From Gemmatimonadales bacterium (GTDB lineage Bacteria; Gemmatimonadota; Gemmatimonadetes; Gemmatimonadales; GWC2-71-9): 64,000 nucleotides of DNA. Positions 62,213 to 64,000 of this stretch are shown here, piece by piece (the first letter of the stretch is position 1; every line of letters starts with the position of its first letter). The translations under genes and the position numbers were made by a program. Under the pieces are notes generated by a model, which was not told the DNA's origin, searched no databases, and saw only the letters and a list, made by a program, of their open reading frames with translations. The stretch spans positions 1-64,000 of the forward strand of contig JBDIWC010000021.1 of NCBI GenBank assembly GCA_039794085.1, read 5' to 3'.

Positions 62213-63000
62213 GGGGGGACCGTGGTTCGACTCGTCACGAAGGGGCTTGCCAAGTGAACAGCTTTTCGTCGGTGCGCCAGCCGGAGGCATCCAGTGCCGG
62301 AGGTTCCGGAGGGAGCGATGCGGGGACCCCCGACCCGTGGGGCGTTCGGCGCGCGGAGAATCTCCTCACGAGCCTGGAGGGGGTGCTGTCCGCCCGGCTG
62401 GTCACCACGCCCCTGGGAGAGGTGAGCGAGGTGCACATCCTGGCCCAGTCGGGGCAGGCGCCGAAGCAGATCGTCCGCAACATCGAATCGGCGCTTCTGG
62501 CCCATCTGGGGCTGCGGGTGGACCACCGCAAGATCAGCATCGCCCAGACCGCGGAAACCCGGCCGATCGAGGCCCTGGAGCAGGGGGCGATCCGGGACCG
62601 GGCGCGTCAGCGGGCGGTCCTCTTCGAGCGCATGACCGTGGTGCCTTCCTCGCGCGAGCACCGGGCGGTGGTGACGGTGACGTTGAGCTATCAGGGACGC
62701 ACCGAATCGGCCCAGGAGGAGACGGGGGATACCCCCAGGGCGCGGGTGGAATCGGCGGCGCGGGCGGCCGTGGCGGTGCTGGAGCGGCTGTTGGAAAAGG
62801 ATGCGATGGTGTTGGAGGGCGCCAAGGTGGTGGAGGCCTTCGACCGCGAAGTGGCCTTTGCCGTGGTCCAGGGCGTGGGGGGGAGGGAGTCCCGGTTTCT
62901 GACCGGGACGGCGGAGGTGCGGGGCAACCCGGAACGGGCCGCCGTGCTGGCGGTGCTGGACGCCACCAACCGGTGGATCGAACTTCGACGCCAGGCGTGA
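62209..63000 (+). CDS. Conserved-looking hypothetical protein; start may be GTG 62254
   Basis: GC3-biased codons; EVHILA..PKQIVRNIESAL..VDHRKISIAQ; C-terminal AVLAVLDATNR recalls the LeuA allosteric fold. Confidence 0.75.
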   Translation: MRGDRGSTRHEGACQVNSFSSVRQPEASSAGGSGGSDAGTPDPWGVRRAENLLTSLEGVLSARLVTTPLGEVSEVHILAQSGQAPKQIVRNIESALLAHLGLRVDHRKISIAQTAETRPIEALEQGAIRDRARQRAVLFERMTVVPSSREHRAVVTVTLSYQGRTESAQEETGDTPRARVESAARAAVAVLERLLEKDAMVLEGAKVVEAFDREVAFAVVQGVGGRESRFLTGTAEVRGNPERAAVLAVLDATNRWIELRRQA

Positions 63001-63180
63001 CAGTCGGTCACCCCGACTCTCACCTCGACCACGAAAGGAAGACAATCGGAGGAACCCCGGTCTTCGGCGGGACACCAGCGGAGACCTGAGCGGACAACTG
63101 AGCGGAGCGTCGGGAGGCCATAGCGAGGCCTGCCACTACCTTGGGACGGCACGATAGACCCGAAGGGAGGTGACGCTCAC

Positions 63181-63252
63181 ATGATCAGCTGGCTCGCAGC
63201 CGCGTTTAGCTTTGCGGCAAGTGCATTGGCAACCATCGACCAGGAATGGTAG
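63181..63252 (+). CDS. 23-aa hydrophobic peptide MISWLAAAFSFAASALATIDQEW (not in the ORF track)
   Basis: AAGGGAGGTGA Shine-Dalgarno 7 nt before ATG; TAG stop. Confidence 0.65.
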   Translation: MISWLAAAFSFAASALATIDQEW

Positions 63253-63299
63253 GCGTTTCCTGAGATGGAAGGCCGGGGGTCCATCCTCCTACGTGTTTT

Positions 63300-64000
63300 A
63301 TGAGATCCAAGGATCTGGTCCGCTTCTACGTTGCCACTGTTGGCCTCCTTGCCATCGTTATGATGGTAACTGCTTGGCCAACTCGTCCACCGTTCCCGGG
63401 ATACTGGGGCTTCTCTCTCTTTTTAGGTGTTTCCTTCATCTTGGACGTGACAAAGATTCGCCTTCGAAGTGGGGATGGAAGCGGGTCGGTTGCTTTTATC
63501 GCAGCAAACGCAGCAGGGATTCTCTTCGGTGGGTTCTGGAGTGGGCTGATCGTTTTGTTCTCAACAGCGGCGGCTCAGCTTGTAAGGCGACCTCCTCTGG
63601 TAAGAATAGTGTTCAACGTGTCGCAGAAGGTACTTAGCATATCGGTTGCCATCATGGTATACCGGTCTTTGGGTGGTCCAAGCCCCCCGGGGTTCCTTAT
63701 TGGCCAACCCTCGGTCGATCCTGCCGTCGTGTTAGTGTACCTTTTGGCGTTTTTTGCTGGGGCGATCACCTACATGATGGTGAACACGATTGCCGTGAGC
63801 GGTGTCGTCGCTCTCAGCACCGGCAAGCGGGTCTGGGATGTGTGGAAGACCAATACCCTCTGGTTCCTGGGATACGACGTGCTCCTCACGTCCACCTCCC
63901 TTCTGGTCGCCTTCCTCTACCTCTCGGCGGCGGCCCAGAGCGGGATGGCCCGATTCTGGTTCGTCCTGATTCTCGCGATGGCGGTGGCCATCCGGCACGT
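63300..64000 (+). CDS. Multi-pass membrane sensor N-terminus (MASE-like), cut by the window end; not in the ORF track
   Basis: Open frame MRSKDLVRFYVATVGLLAIV...GSGSVAF...RIVFNVSQ...YMMVNTIAVSGVVALS...; about 8 hydrophobic segments and no stop. Confidence 0.8.
   Translation, partial: MRSKDLVRFYVATVGLLAIVMMVTAWPTRPPFPGYWGFSLFLGVSFILDVTKIRLRSGDGSGSVAFIAANAAGILFGGFWSGLIVLFSTAAAQLVRRPPLVRIVFNVSQKVLSISVAIMVYRSLGGPSPPGFLIGQPSVDPAVVLVYLLAFFAGAITYMMVNTIAVSGVVALSTGKRVWDVWKTNTLWFLGYDVLLTSTSLLVAFLYLSAAAQSGMARFWFVLILAMAVAIRH

Noticed and set aside
63212..63637. ORF-track 141-aa ORF, and minus-strand ORFs 63575-63998
   Set aside because: They overlap the better-supported membrane-protein frame starting at 63300.

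Overview
High-GC bacterial chromosome segment. Gene content and order suggest Gemmatimonadota (inference, not tested). It carries a near-complete type IVa pilus locus: comEA-pilB-pilT-pilC, pilS-pilR, pilA, two minor-pilin clusters and pilMNOPQ. A housekeeping run follows (aroC, aroK, trmFO, xerC, hslVU, argF, gcvT, a molybdopterin gene), then a c-di-GMP signalling region. Also present: heme o synthase, two TonB-dependent receptors (one behind a cobalamin riboswitch), an lptFG pair, a TsdA-like cytochrome, a sugar-oxidation cluster, a BsuBI/PstI-type restriction-modification pair and two AbrB/PIN toxin-antitoxin pairs around pilA. Best candidates for something undescribed: (1) an unannotated 23-aa Trp-terminated peptide gene with a very strong RBS, directly upstream of a multi-pass membrane sensor and downstream of a Fe-S/GGDEF gene and a conserved-looking hypothetical, possibly a peptide-receptor signalling module; (2) heptamer tandem arrays at intergenic edges, with a consistent inward-pointing, telomere-like polarity, which sometimes supply stop codons and enclose nested palindromic elements; (3) a sensory [FeFe]-hydrogenase-like protein that has lost its H-cluster cysteines and is fused to GGDEF; (4) an apparently ATPase-dead sigma54-activator paralog right behind pilA. 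All calls come from reading motifs by eye; no searches were run.
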